A stretch of DNA of 56,979 bases from Bacteroidales bacterium Bact_07 (GTDB lineage: Bacteria; Bacteroidota; Bacteroidia; Bacteroidales; Tenuifilaceae). The notes beneath the pieces were generated by a model. It worked only from the letters and a program-made list of their open reading frames with translations. It had not been told where the DNA came from and did not search any database. Of this stretch, positions 1-11,969 are shown in pieces. The stretch lies in NCBI GenBank assembly GCA_001603415.1, contig LUYY01000022.1:1-56979 (forward strand). The letters are read 5' to 3'. Each line of letters opens with the position of its first letter. The first letter of the stretch is position 1. A program made the position numbers and the translations under genes.

Positions 1-23
1 AATCAAAAAATAATGAGTGGCGG

Positions 24-2117
<2,094 letters not shown>

Positions 2118-2144
2118 TTATGCAATAAAAACATAGTGCAAGCC

Positions 2145-2172
2145 ATCCTTTATCCTTTATCCTTTATCCTTG
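2145..2172 (+). repeat. heptamer tandem repeat (ATCCTTT)x3 + ATCCTTG
   Basis: read directly in the ligA/relA divergent intergenic region. Confidence 0.9.
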
Positions 2173-2236
2173 TCAATATCCGTTTGCAATTGATTAACTA
2201 AATATCGTATTTTTATAGGAATGCAATGTATGGTTT

Positions 2237-4414
2237 ATGGACGATAAAGATTTGAAATTCAAGGCTTTTGAAGGAGCAAAAGCGTTATTATTTAAAAGTT
2301 TGCACGACCTACAACCTACTAGTAAGGCCGAACACGTGGTTGAGGCATTGGATCTGGTTAAATCAATATATGAAAAACATGGCGAATGGAACGATTCAAA
2401 TGCTACGCATCTTGTTAATGTTGCTCAAATCTGCTTGAACGAAATAGGACTTGGTGCGACCAGCGCCACGGCTGCTTTACTACACGAAACCATTGAACGC
2501 AAATGGTTAACACCAGTAGAGATTGAGAAACGTTTTGGACAAGCAGTTGCATCTATATTGATGAACTTTACCCAAATATCGGGACTAGACCCCAAAGACC
2601 CAAAAACACAGGCTGAGCTATTCAGGCAAATGCTAATCAGTCTTTCGTCCGATGCCCGTGTTATACTAATCAAACTGGCCGATAGACTCGACACCATGCG
2701 AAGCCTAAGCAAGGTTCAAGCCGAATTAAGGATAAAGCGCGCCTGGGAAACATTCCACCTTTATGCACCTCTTGCACATCGCCTTGGACTATACAGGCTT
2801 AAGTCAGAGATGGAAGACTTAGCCATGAAGTATATCTACCCCAAGGAATACAAGTATATCATAAAGAGGTTGCAGGAAACCACAGCCAGCCGTAATCGAT
2901 TCCTGCAAAACTTTATGTCACCTATTGAGGAAGAACTCCGTAAGCGAGGATTTTTGTTTACCATTAAAGGAAGGACTAAATCGGTTTACTCCATATTCAG
3001 GAAAATGCAAAATCAGGAAGTAGATTTTGACGAGGTTCACGACATTTTTGCTATCAGAATAATACTTGATTCCAAGCCCGAAAACGAAAAATCCGACTGC
3101 TGGCAGGTTTACTCCATTATTACCGATAAGTACACACCCAACACTGAACGTCTGCGCGATTGGATTTCCGTTCCTAAAAGCAACGGTTACGAAAGCCTTC
3201 ACACCACTGTGCTTGGCCCCGAAAATAAGTGGATTGAGGTTCAAATTCGCTCTGTTAGAATGGATGAGATAGCCGAAAAGGGCCTTGCAGCACACTGGAA
3301 ATACAAAGGGATAAGACAGGAACAAGGTATTGATGAATGGGTTGCCCGCGTAAGGGAAATGCTGGAGTCGCCCGATACCTCGCCCGAGGACAAGGTTGAG
3401 CAATTCCAGATGAACCTTACCAGCAGCGATATATATGTTTTTACCCCTAAGGGTGATATTCGTAAGCTACCCGCAAAATCGACCGTTCTTGACTTTGCCT
3501 TCGACATCCATACCGAAGTGGGTTCCCAATGCGTTGGTGCCATTGTAAATGGCAAAAACACCACCATTAAACAGGAATTACAGAACGGCGATGTGGTAGA
3601 AATACTTACATCCAAAAAGCAAAAGCCCAAAAAGGATTGGCTGTCGTTTGTTATCACATCCAAGGCCAAAAGCAGAATAAAGCAACAATTACGTGATATT
3701 GAAAATCGTGAAATTCAGGAGGGAAGGGAATTACTCCTGCGAAGGCTCAAGAATTGGAAAATTGATGATGTTGAAGAGGCCTTACGCAAAGTAAATAAAC
3801 ATCTTAAGCTGAAGAAACCAACGGATATATTTATACTCATTGCCCAGGGTAAAGTTGACCTTTCAGCAATTAAAACACTACTAACCGCCGAAGAAGAAAA
3901 ACCTGCAGTTGGCGAAACTATCCCAAAGCCCGAAACCGAAAAACCGGAAACGAAGGAAAGTTCCGACTACCTTGTAATTGACGAAAAACTGGTTAATATT
4001 GATTATAAGCTTGCCAAATGCTGTAACCCAATATTTGGTGACGATATTTTTGGCTTTGTTACCGTTAACGAGGGAATAAAAATACACCGAACCACGTGCC
4101 CCAATGCTGGACAACTAAATCAGCGTTGGCCCTACCGTGTAGTAAATGCTCGGTGGAAAGGTTCTTCAAAATCGGGTGCATTCCAAACCACTGTTAAAGT
4201 AACCGGGGTTGATGAGATTGGTATTTTGAATCGAATTTCTGAAGTAATAAGTAAAGATTTGAGAGTTAACATGCGTAACCTGAACGTTAGCTCACGCGAC
4301 GGGCTTTTTGAAGCCCAAATTCAGCTCTACGTTGAGGATACCAAGCATCTTGAAATGCTGCTCTACCGCCTGAGCCGAGTGCAAGGAGTGAATAAGGCAA
4401 TTAGGATGAAATGA
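2237..4414 (+). CDS. relA: RelA/SpoT family (p)ppGpp synthetase/hydrolase
   Basis: IKLADRL, APLAHRLG, PKSNGYESLHT, EVQIR, AHWKYK, TGS, C-terminal ACT; HD motif reads LLHE. Confidence 0.95.
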   Translation: MDDKDLKFKAFEGAKALLFKSLHDLQPTSKAEHVVEALDLVKSIYEKHGEWNDSNATHLVNVAQICLNEIGLGATSATAALLHETIERKWLTPVEIEKRFGQAVASILMNFTQISGLDPKDPKTQAELFRQMLISLSSDARVILIKLADRLDTMRSLSKVQAELRIKRAWETFHLYAPLAHRLGLYRLKSEMEDLAMKYIYPKEYKYIIKRLQETTASRNRFLQNFMSPIEEELRKRGFLFTIKGRTKSVYSIFRKMQNQEVDFDEVHDIFAIRIILDSKPENEKSDCWQVYSIITDKYTPNTERLRDWISVPKSNGYESLHTTVLGPENKWIEVQIRSVRMDEIAEKGLAAHWKYKGIRQEQGIDEWVARVREMLESPDTSPEDKVEQFQMNLTSSDIYVFTPKGDIRKLPAKSTVLDFAFDIHTEVGSQCVGAIVNGKNTTIKQELQNGDVVEILTSKKQKPKKDWLSFVITSKAKSRIKQQLRDIENREIQEGRELLLRRLKNWKIDDVEEALRKVNKHLKLKKPTDIFILIAQGKVDLSAIKTLLTAEEEKPAVGETIPKPETEKPETKESSDYLVIDEKLVNIDYKLAKCCNPIFGDDIFGFVTVNEGIKIHRTTCPNAGQLNQRWPYRVVNARWKGSSKSGAFQTTVKVTGVDEIGILNRISEVISKDLRVNMRNLNVSSRDGLFEAQIQLYVEDTKHLEMLLYRLSRVQGVNKAIRMK

Positions 4415-4442
4415 TTTGCATAAACCAGTAACTAAAAAAGTA

Positions 4443-4480
4443 CCACAGAGTTACACAGAGTACAACAGTGTTACACGGTG
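4443..4480 (+). repeat. degenerate ~10-nt tandem repeat (consensus TTACACAGAG, about 4 copies)
   Basis: CCACAGAG-TTACACAGAG-TACAACAGTG-TTACACGGTG downstream of the relA stop. Confidence 0.65.
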
Positions 4481-4500
4481 TCAAACCCTTTGTATTCAGT

Positions 4501-4564
4501 ATCAACCATCAACAAACTACAATCAACTTATCCTTTAACCTTTATCCTTTATCCTTTATCCTTT
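4501..4564 (+). repeat. heptamer tandem repeats: ATCAACN-like x4 then ATCCTTT/AACCTTT x5
   Basis: ATCCTTT-type units at 4530-4564; degenerate ATCAACC/ATCAACA/AACTACA/ATCAACT at 4501-4528. Confidence 0.85.
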
Positions 4565-4614
4565 TTTCACCCTTCCCCTAAACTTTTTTTAACCTTATCC
4601 ACTAACTATTTTCG

Positions 4615-4622
4615 TATTTTTG
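4615..4622 (+). promoter_or_regulatory. Bacteroidota sigma70 -7 box TATTTTTG
   Basis: matches TAnnTTTG about 32 nt before ATG 4655. Confidence 0.55.
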
Positions 4623-4654
4623 CATTATATTGGTGGCAGGTAATTTTAAGGGTT

Positions 4655-5269
4655 ATGAGAAAGATTTTTTTAACAGCAGCAATAGCAATATTTGCAATTT
4701 CTTTGCATGCACAGCTTGTTCAGGATTTATACAGAATTTACGAACCGGTTTATAGAAGTTCTAGGACCGACTCAGCTGCTGTGTTTACCCCATTTGGTAT
4801 AGTTAAGCCCGGAATAAATTACGGTTTAAGCATGGGAACAGGCTATTCCTTTTTGGGCAACGGGATTGGTATGTCCGGGAGCTATATAGCCCCAAGTGTA
4901 ACCTACTCAAATAACCGCTTGCAGGTGATTGCCGGCGTTACGCTTTCGCGCACAAATATGCATGGGTTAAAACCAGATGGTGCCAATTTTGCTCAACCGT
5001 ATAGCGGTGCAAATCCATACCAGGCATGGGCATATACCCAATACCAATTTTCGAACCGTTTTAGTGTTTTCGCCATGGGGTCGGTTTCGCAAAACCAATC
5101 ATTCTTTTCGCCATACCAGAACTATATGGGCACATACAATAGTCAACAATTTGGTGTAGGTTTTAACTACCGCTTAGGTCCAAAAACTACTATTGGCGCC
5201 AGTTTGAACTTTGTAAACCGAAATCCAAATAATCTTTTCTACAATCCCTATTCACCTTTTAGTTGGTAA
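4655..5269 (+). CDS. exported hypothetical protein, probable outer-membrane beta-strand protein
   Basis: start reassigned to ATG 4655 (MRKIFLTAAIAIFAISLHAQ signal peptide); alternating aromatic strands (FGVGFNYRL); the longer ORF N-terminus is translated repeat. Confidence 0.8.
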   Translation: MRKIFLTAAIAIFAISLHAQLVQDLYRIYEPVYRSSRTDSAAVFTPFGIVKPGINYGLSMGTGYSFLGNGIGMSGSYIAPSVTYSNNRLQVIAGVTLSRTNMHGLKPDGANFAQPYSGANPYQAWAYTQYQFSNRFSVFAMGSVSQNQSFFSPYQNYMGTYNSQQFGVGFNYRLGPKTTIGASLNFVNRNPNNLFYNPYSPFSW

Positions 5270-5301
5270 TGTGTATTAGCTTGCTAATGAATATCAACAA
5301 G

Positions 5302-5330
5302 AAAGGCTGCCCTACAAGCAGCCTTTTTTG
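5302..5330 (+). terminator. intrinsic terminator
   Basis: AAAGGCTGC-cctacaa-GCAGCCTTT followed by a T run. Confidence 0.85.
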
Positions 5331-5348
5331 TTTTGATAATGCTATCTA

Positions 5349-6819
5349 GTCGACCCTTATTAACACAATAAACGATTGATTGTTAATAACTTAATAGGAT
5401 TTTTTTGTTAAAAATTCTGCAAGATTTTGTACATTAGAGGCATAACCTTGCAATTTTTTTTAAAATGGCACCAAAGGAAAAAGATCAAAAACAGGGAAGT
5501 TTATTTTTCTCATTAAGGGATACCTTAAATCCTAAACATCCCCTTTATGTATTAGTTAATCAAATTCAATGGGATATTTTTGAAAATGCTTTTAAAGGTT
5601 TGTATTGCCCGGATAATGGTCGTCCAGCTAAGCCCATACGGTTAATGGTAGGGTTGTTGATGTTAAAGCATATCCGTAACCTGTCGGACGAGTCGGTAAT
5701 CGAACAATGGAGCGAAAATATTTATTTTCAATACTTTACAGGGGAAACTTCTTTTGCGCCGGGAGTTCCCTGCGAGCCTTCGGAGCTGGTACACTTTAGA
5801 AAAAGGATAGGCGAAAGCGGAGTAGAGCTGATTTTGAAAGAGAGTATTCGGGTCAACGGCAAAGATGCCTTAGACCCCCATGTAAATGTAGACACCACCG
5901 TACAGGAAAAAAATATCACTTACCCCACCGATGCGAAGCTGCACAAAAAAATTATACAAAAATGTAAAGCCATCGCCCAAAAAGAAGGTATTGAATTACG
6001 ACAAAGCTATAGCCGAACATTAAAGAAATTGTCTCAGCAGCAACGATTTAGGAATCATCCGAAGAATAAAACCAAAGCTTTAAAGGCCGATAGAAAAATG
6101 AAAACGATAGCCGGACGTTTAGTTCGAGAATTGGAACGAAAGCTAACCCCCCAGAGCAAGTATCAGAAGGATTTGGAGTTATTTTTTCAAGTTTTAATGC
6201 AGCAAAAAGACAGTAAAAAGAAGATTTATTCGTTTCACGAGCCAGCGGTGGTTTGTATTTCAAAAGGTAAGGAGCACAAGAAGTATGAGTTTGGCAACAA
6301 AGTATCGATAGCAAAGACAGATAGTGGGGTCATTGTTGGGGCATTGAGTTTCAGAGACCAGTACGATGGCCACACCTTAGCACCAACTCTTCAGCAGGTA
6401 AAGCGATTAGTGGGTCAAATGCCTAAGCGAGCAAAGGTCGACAGGGGGTACAGGGGCAATAAACAGATAGGAGAGACCGAAATATTAATCCCTTCAAATT
6501 ACAGAATATCAATGAGTTATTATCAACGTAAGAAATTAAGTGATAGTCATAAGAAACGAGCTGGTATAGAGCCCGTTATCGGCCATTTAAAGGCTGATCA
6601 TCGGCTCAGCCGTAACTTTTACAAAGGGATCGTAGGCGATAACATCAATATCATGTTGGCTGCAGCAGCATTCAACTTCAAAAGGATGATGAATAAGTGG
6701 AAGAAAAAATTTTTTCACTTTTTTCAGACGCTATTTTTCCAATTTCAGATGCAATTTTTTCATTTTCTTTTCTACCCTCTCTTTTCAAAAAAATTAAAAA
6801 TGACTTTTTAAGGGTCGAC
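5349..6819 (+). mobile_element. IS5-family insertion sequence (~1.47 kb)
   Basis: perfect 11-bp TIRs GTCGACCCTTA (5349-5359) / TAAGGGTCGAC (6809-6819), flanked by TA on both sides (5347-48, 6820-21); single transposase inside. Confidence 0.92.
5465..6811 (+). CDS. IS5 family DDE transposase
   Basis: GRPAKPIRLMVGLL N-terminal domain, VDTTVQEKNITYPTD, KGKEHKKYEFGNKV, DRGYRG, RAGIEPVIGHLK; the stop codon lies inside the right TIR. Confidence 0.95.
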   Translation: MAPKEKDQKQGSLFFSLRDTLNPKHPLYVLVNQIQWDIFENAFKGLYCPDNGRPAKPIRLMVGLLMLKHIRNLSDESVIEQWSENIYFQYFTGETSFAPGVPCEPSELVHFRKRIGESGVELILKESIRVNGKDALDPHVNVDTTVQEKNITYPTDAKLHKKIIQKCKAIAQKEGIELRQSYSRTLKKLSQQQRFRNHPKNKTKALKADRKMKTIAGRLVRELERKLTPQSKYQKDLELFFQVLMQQKDSKKKIYSFHEPAVVCISKGKEHKKYEFGNKVSIAKTDSGVIVGALSFRDQYDGHTLAPTLQQVKRLVGQMPKRAKVDRGYRGNKQIGETEILIPSNYRISMSYYQRKKLSDSHKKRAGIEPVIGHLKADHRLSRNFYKGIVGDNINIMLAAAAFNFKRMMNKWKKKFFHFFQTLFFQFQMQFFHFLFYPLFSKKLKMTF

Positions 6820-7121
6820 TAAATAAAAACTGGATTACAACTTATTGGTAAAAGATAGGAGCATTTATTTATGTCACATAGATTATGCGACATGCAAAGA
6901 AACATGTATGGTGTTTGGTATTATATCAATTTAAGCCCCTGTTATACACTCGAAGGAACTGGTGTACTTACTAAACTTTGTTGAGTCTGTTTATTTACTA
7001 CTACCTTCTAGTTTTTTTAAAATCAAATACCAAGTAAATCTGGTGTGTAAACATGTTCATGCACAACGACAGGAATAAACGGTTAACCGGAATCTAAATC
7101 GGTTTAGCAAGCAATTTAGCT

Positions 7122-9479
7122 CTACTTTTGCCGAATAATACCCAGTACGCCCAACAGACCACCATTGTCGGCAATTATGGGGTATAGGCTGATTGTGCCT
7201 TTTATCTCCTTGCCATCGGCAAAAGCGAGTGCAATCTTACGGTCAATTACCGGGCTTTTCTTTCGGGAAACATCCTCGGTCAAGTCCCAGAGCTTCCGAG
7301 CTGAGTCCTCGGGCATTAGTTCAAATTCGCTTAACCCTATGGCCTCGTCAGGGGATGCAAGACCAAGATGCTCGACCATGGTTTGGCTTACCCGACGGAA
7401 TCTTCCGTCGGCATCCTTCTGGAAAATTAAATCGCTTGAGTTGAGTAACAGGCTTTCGAGAATGGTTTTATCCTCACGGAGCTGAGCCTGAATGGTTTCC
7501 TGTTCATGCCGTTTGCGTTCCATCTCCTCTTGGGTAGCGTGTAGCTCTTCCATGTTCTGCCGCATCTCTTCTTCCTGAGCACGCATCTCCTCGGCCTGCT
7601 GCTGGGTTTGAGATAAAAGTTGAGCTGTGCGCATGTTTATCTTAACGCTTGCCAGGGTTGCAGCAATGCTTGCAGCAAGTTTTTCAATGAACTCAACTTG
7701 GTACTTCTGGTATGGAGTGAATGTGGCCAGCTCAATAACGCCCTGAACAACATCGTTGGCAATAAGCGGTACAATGAGAATGCAACGCGGGTTTTCCTCG
7801 CCAAGACCCGAAGTGATTTTTATGTAATCGCGTGGAACATCAACCATGAAAATTGTTTTCTTTTCAACATAGCATCGTCCCACTAACCCCTCGTTGGGCA
7901 GAACCGTTTTCTCCATCAGCTTGCGGCGGTTATACGCATAGCATGCGGTCATTTCAAGCACCGGATTATTGGGATCGTTCTCGTTTACTATAAACACCCC
8001 ACCCTGAATTGACCCAGTATAGCTAACCAAATTTTTGATGATTAGGTACGACAGCTCATTGACATTGTCGTTGTGTTGGCGAAGCACCTCGCCAAACAGA
8101 GCCATACCCTCGGTTGCCCATATCTGCTGTTTTTCCTCCTCCTTGCGTTTTTCCTCCTGTTCGCGAGCTCTTATTAAACTTCGCTGCATCTCGGTAAGGG
8201 CTTTGCCCAACTTATCCTTATCGCTCAGCAGCTTGAACTGGGTATCGAGCTTGCCCTCACCTATTTCACGCGCAAACTTTTCGGTATGGTTAAGCCCATC
8301 AATAAGCTTATTGGCCGATTTGGACATCTCCTCCAGCTCATCACCCGTATGCAGGTAAATCTTTTTGTTTACATCGATATCGCCTTCGGCAATGCTGTTT
8401 AGCAATTCTGTGGTACGCTTGATAGGTTTTGAAATACGAGCCGATATGAACCAAATGGCAAATGCCTGAAGAATTATTCCAATAATGAAAACAAATATTG
8501 TTGAAAGCACTGACCGACGAGCATCCCTTACTATCTCTGACATAGGAATCGAAAGGATTAGTCCCCATGAATTGGGCGATTCCCCGGGTTGTATGGCGGT
8601 CAATATGTTCAAGTACTCCTTTCCGTAAGTATCGGAAAAAAATGCGAAGTTTTGCTTATCCTTCACCTTTTGAGTAAGCGAGAATTTGGCCTCAAGCTGG
8701 GGGTAAACATTTGCAACATAATCCTTGGCATTTTGGGGATTTGAATCGGCAATTATTCGACCATCACCAGCTATAAGGCTGACATTTGTGCCAGGATACG
8801 GTTTAATCTTTTCAATATCGGACTGGAATTTCTCGAGTGAGATGTCAACTCCGCCTAATCCGGCAAACCTACCTCCTACCCGAACAGGTACACTGAGGCT
8901 TGTTGCCAAAACCTCCTTACCACCATACTCAAAGGTGTATGGATCGAGTAGCATTTCACAGTTGCAGGTTTTTGATGCATAGTAATTACTCGTTACAATA
9001 TCACCTGTAACGTTTTTATGCTCAATATCAATAGATACCTGGCCGTTGCTCAGGTAAGCAGTAACTGACCGTCGACCATAATCCTTAGTATAGCCAGGTC
9101 TAAATGCAGAATATTCAATGGAATACCAAATTGTTAGGTAGCGAGAATTATTTAAAACTTGATTTTTTAAAACATTGAAAAAAATTGAATCGAGGGTAAT
9201 GGTGTCGAATTTGGGGTAGATATATAGGGCATGGGCTAAAGCGCGAGAGAAACCCATATCCATATCGAGCTCTGACTTCAAACGGAAAGCCGACTTTTGG
9301 GCTTCGGCCTGTGCAATTTTAATGGCGTTATCGCGTGCTATGCTATTAACCCTGATGCTAATAAACAGGCCAATAACTAGCATAATTGCTGCAGTGGTAG
9401 TTAAGACCCAAAGCAAAAGCTTGGCCCCAATCCGCATTTGTATTTTGCCAGAATTAAAGTTGATTTTCCCTATTCTCAT
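7122..9479 (-). CDS. membrane sensor: Cache-HAMP-GAF-coiled coil-PAS, no evident output domain
   Basis: two TM segments around a periplasmic Cache-like region (LLDPY, GLGGVDISL), HAMP (GDELEEM), GAF (GLVGRCY, LIVPL, GVIELA), QAEEMRAQEEEMRQNMEEL coil, C-terminal PAS (KDADGRF). Confidence 0.85.
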   Translation of the reverse strand: MRIGKINFNSGKIQMRIGAKLLLWVLTTTAAIMLVIGLFISIRVNSIARDNAIKIAQAEAQKSAFRLKSELDMDMGFSRALAHALYIYPKFDTITLDSIFFNVLKNQVLNNSRYLTIWYSIEYSAFRPGYTKDYGRRSVTAYLSNGQVSIDIEHKNVTGDIVTSNYYASKTCNCEMLLDPYTFEYGGKEVLATSLSVPVRVGGRFAGLGGVDISLEKFQSDIEKIKPYPGTNVSLIAGDGRIIADSNPQNAKDYVANVYPQLEAKFSLTQKVKDKQNFAFFSDTYGKEYLNILTAIQPGESPNSWGLILSIPMSEIVRDARRSVLSTIFVFIIGIILQAFAIWFISARISKPIKRTTELLNSIAEGDIDVNKKIYLHTGDELEEMSKSANKLIDGLNHTEKFAREIGEGKLDTQFKLLSDKDKLGKALTEMQRSLIRAREQEEKRKEEEKQQIWATEGMALFGEVLRQHNDNVNELSYLIIKNLVSYTGSIQGGVFIVNENDPNNPVLEMTACYAYNRRKLMEKTVLPNEGLVGRCYVEKKTIFMVDVPRDYIKITSGLGEENPRCILIVPLIANDVVQGVIELATFTPYQKYQVEFIEKLAASIAATLASVKINMRTAQLLSQTQQQAEEMRAQEEEMRQNMEELHATQEEMERKRHEQETIQAQLREDKTILESLLLNSSDLIFQKDADGRFRRVSQTMVEHLGLASPDEAIGLSEFELMPEDSARKLWDLTEDVSRKKSPVIDRKIALAFADGKEIKGTISLYPIIADNGGLLGVLGIIRQK

Positions 9480-9664
9480 TTGCCCAATTTTTTAAGTGTT
9501 ATATACAGGATATGGTAAAAGTAAAGCAAATGTTTGCAATGGTTAAAAATACGAAAATGTTTTAGCACTAAACAAACTTTTTAAAATTTCGAGCTAGTTC
9601 AACCATAAAAAATAATCCATCGATTATTTTTTGTAAATTGCTGCGGATGGAATTGCTCAAGGCC

Positions 9665-11947
9665 ATGAAAATATCAAATATCAAAGGAATTATTCTATTT
9701 TTAACGCTTTCAGCTATTGTATCATCAGCATATTCACAGAACATCGATAGTTTGCTGAAACGATCGGAGTTTTACCGTACTGTAAATCCCGATTCAGCGG
9801 TAAGTCTTGCCCGACAGGCATTGGCAAAGGTTGATGCCAATAATCCCGACATTGCTGCACGAGTTCACTTTAGCTTGGGCTACGCTTACTACAACCGCAA
9901 CGATTTTGAGTTAGCCCTTGAGCATTTCAGCAAATCGCTTAAGCTGGCAGAGCAATCGGACAACCTTCAACTACAGGCCTCGCTCCATAACCGCATTGGT
10001 AACGTTTATCAACTTAAAAGTTACTTTGCCCAAGCGATTGATGAGTATAAAAAGGCTTTAGATTTTAACTACAAAACAGGTAGTAAAGTTGAAATTGCAC
10101 GCACACTGGTTAACATAGGAACTGTTTTTGCCATTACCGGGAATTTTTCCGCTGCATTACAGTATATGCTCGATGCCCTTGAAATATTTGAACAGTCGGG
10201 CGAAACCGAAGGTATGGCCTGGACATCGTTAAGCATATCGCGCTTATTTAGCCGCTTAGAGATCAACGAAAGGGCCTTGCAATATGCCGAGAATGCTTTA
10301 AACCACTACCGCAGGCTTAATAATCAAACCGGGATTACTTTGGCGCAAACCGAGCTGGCCAATATATACTACCATACCGGCATGCACGACAAAGCCCTTG
10401 ATTTGCTGGGTAAGGTTATCGATGAGAATTCACGCAACCGAAACATACATGCACAAGCAGCCAATTACCTGCTAATGGGTATTATCTACTTTGATAAAAG
10501 GCAGTTCGATAAGTCGGAATACTACCTTAACCTTTCTCTATCGCTTAAGCAGCAGGTGAATGATAGTATCGATATGGCAAAACTAAATCGATACATAGGA
10601 GAACTTGAACTCCAAAAAGGGAACTTCACCAAAGGGATTGGATTACTGAATAAGGCACTGTCAGATGCCCAAAGGCAAAAGATTACTACAGATCTACGAG
10701 ATATCTACTTTAGCCTCTCAAATGCCGAAAGGCAAAAAGGGAATTACCGGAAAGCATACGAATACTTTTCAAACTATTCGGCACTCAAGGATAGTGTAAA
10801 TGCAAGCCAAATAGCCAAGTTAGAGATGCAGTACGATTTTGAAAAACGGGAGCGTGAACAGGAACTTATTACCCGCCAACGCGAAGCCATGCAACAAGCC
10901 AGGCTTGAGCGTCAGCGAATGGCTACACTGCTAATATCCATTGCTTTAGTACTGAGCCTTGCTCTGGCCGCAGTGGTATTCAGATTTTACCGCGAAAAAA
11001 AGAAAACCAACCAAATTCTGGTGCAGCAGAATACCGAAATACTTAGGCAGAAAAACGAAATCGAAAACCAAAAACAGGAAATTGAAGCCCAACGCGATTT
11101 GGCTGAGCGGCAGCGCGACCAGATAGCTGAGCAACAAAAACAGATAACCGATAGCATTAAGTACGCCAGCCGAATACAGGCGGCCGTTTTGCCCGGTAAT
11201 CAGCAGATATCATCGCTACTTAGCGATCACTTTATTTATTACCAACCCAAGAATATTGTTAGTGGCGACTTTTTCTGGGTCACCCAACTAACCGATGGTC
11301 GCATCGCTATAGCTGCAGCCGATTGCACAGGGCATGGCGTTCCTGGCGCTTTCATGAGCATGCTGGGCATTACCCTGCTAAAGGAACTCACGGCTACCCA
11401 GCACTTTGAGAGCGCTGCCGATATTCTTTTCAGGTTACGCCAGCTGGTTATTGCCTCGCTCAATCAATCCGATATGGATAGCGACTCGCACGATGGCATG
11501 GATATGGGAATGCTCATCGTTGACCGCAAAAAGATGGAAGCCCAGTATGCCGGTGCATACTTCCCTCTACTACTTATTAGAGGATCAGGCTTACAGGCTC
11601 CACCTCAACATTCCAATCCTATTACCGATAACGGTAATACCCTTTACGAAATTAAAGGCGATAAGATGCCAATTGGGCACCATATTATCGAGGAACGGCC
11701 GTTTACTAACCATTCGTTTAGCATCTTTGAAAACGACTTGTTCTACCTGCTCTCCGATGGGTACTCCGATCAGTTCGGTGGCCCTAAAAACAACAAGTTC
11801 ATGATGGTAAACCTGAAAAAGCTTTTGCTCGATATTCACCATCTTCCTTTAAATACTCAGGAAAACATTCTGAGAGAGAAATTCGAAGAATTTAAAGGAA
11901 ACGAAAAACAGGTTGATGATATTTTGATAATGGGATTTAGGGTGTAA
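9665..11947 (+). CDS. TPR-repeat membrane protein with SpoIIE/PP2C phosphatase domain
   Basis: signal peptide, multiple TPRs, TM helix, coiled coil, VSGDFFW, ADCTGHGVPGA, DGMD, SDGYSDQFGG, QVDD. Confidence 0.92.
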   Translation: MKISNIKGIILFLTLSAIVSSAYSQNIDSLLKRSEFYRTVNPDSAVSLARQALAKVDANNPDIAARVHFSLGYAYYNRNDFELALEHFSKSLKLAEQSDNLQLQASLHNRIGNVYQLKSYFAQAIDEYKKALDFNYKTGSKVEIARTLVNIGTVFAITGNFSAALQYMLDALEIFEQSGETEGMAWTSLSISRLFSRLEINERALQYAENALNHYRRLNNQTGITLAQTELANIYYHTGMHDKALDLLGKVIDENSRNRNIHAQAANYLLMGIIYFDKRQFDKSEYYLNLSLSLKQQVNDSIDMAKLNRYIGELELQKGNFTKGIGLLNKALSDAQRQKITTDLRDIYFSLSNAERQKGNYRKAYEYFSNYSALKDSVNASQIAKLEMQYDFEKREREQELITRQREAMQQARLERQRMATLLISIALVLSLALAAVVFRFYREKKKTNQILVQQNTEILRQKNEIENQKQEIEAQRDLAERQRDQIAEQQKQITDSIKYASRIQAAVLPGNQQISSLLSDHFIYYQPKNIVSGDFFWVTQLTDGRIAIAAADCTGHGVPGAFMSMLGITLLKELTATQHFESAADILFRLRQLVIASLNQSDMDSDSHDGMDMGMLIVDRKKMEAQYAGAYFPLLLIRGSGLQAPPQHSNPITDNGNTLYEIKGDKMPIGHHIIEERPFTNHSFSIFENDLFYLLSDGYSDQFGGPKNNKFMMVNLKKLLLDIHHLPLNTQENILREKFEEFKGNEKQVDDILIMGFRV

Positions 11948-11969
11948 AAGCCCAACAATTGGATGTTTT

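Noticed and set aside
4478-4654. Longer GTG-start version of the 4655 gene
   Set aside because: It runs through repeats and a promoter box; the signal peptide starts at ATG 4655.
6822-7121. AT-rich 300 bp after the IS with an imperfect hairpin ATGTCACATA-gat-TATGCGACAT
   Set aside because: No recognisable ORF remnant or RNA family, and a single weak hairpin is expected by chance.
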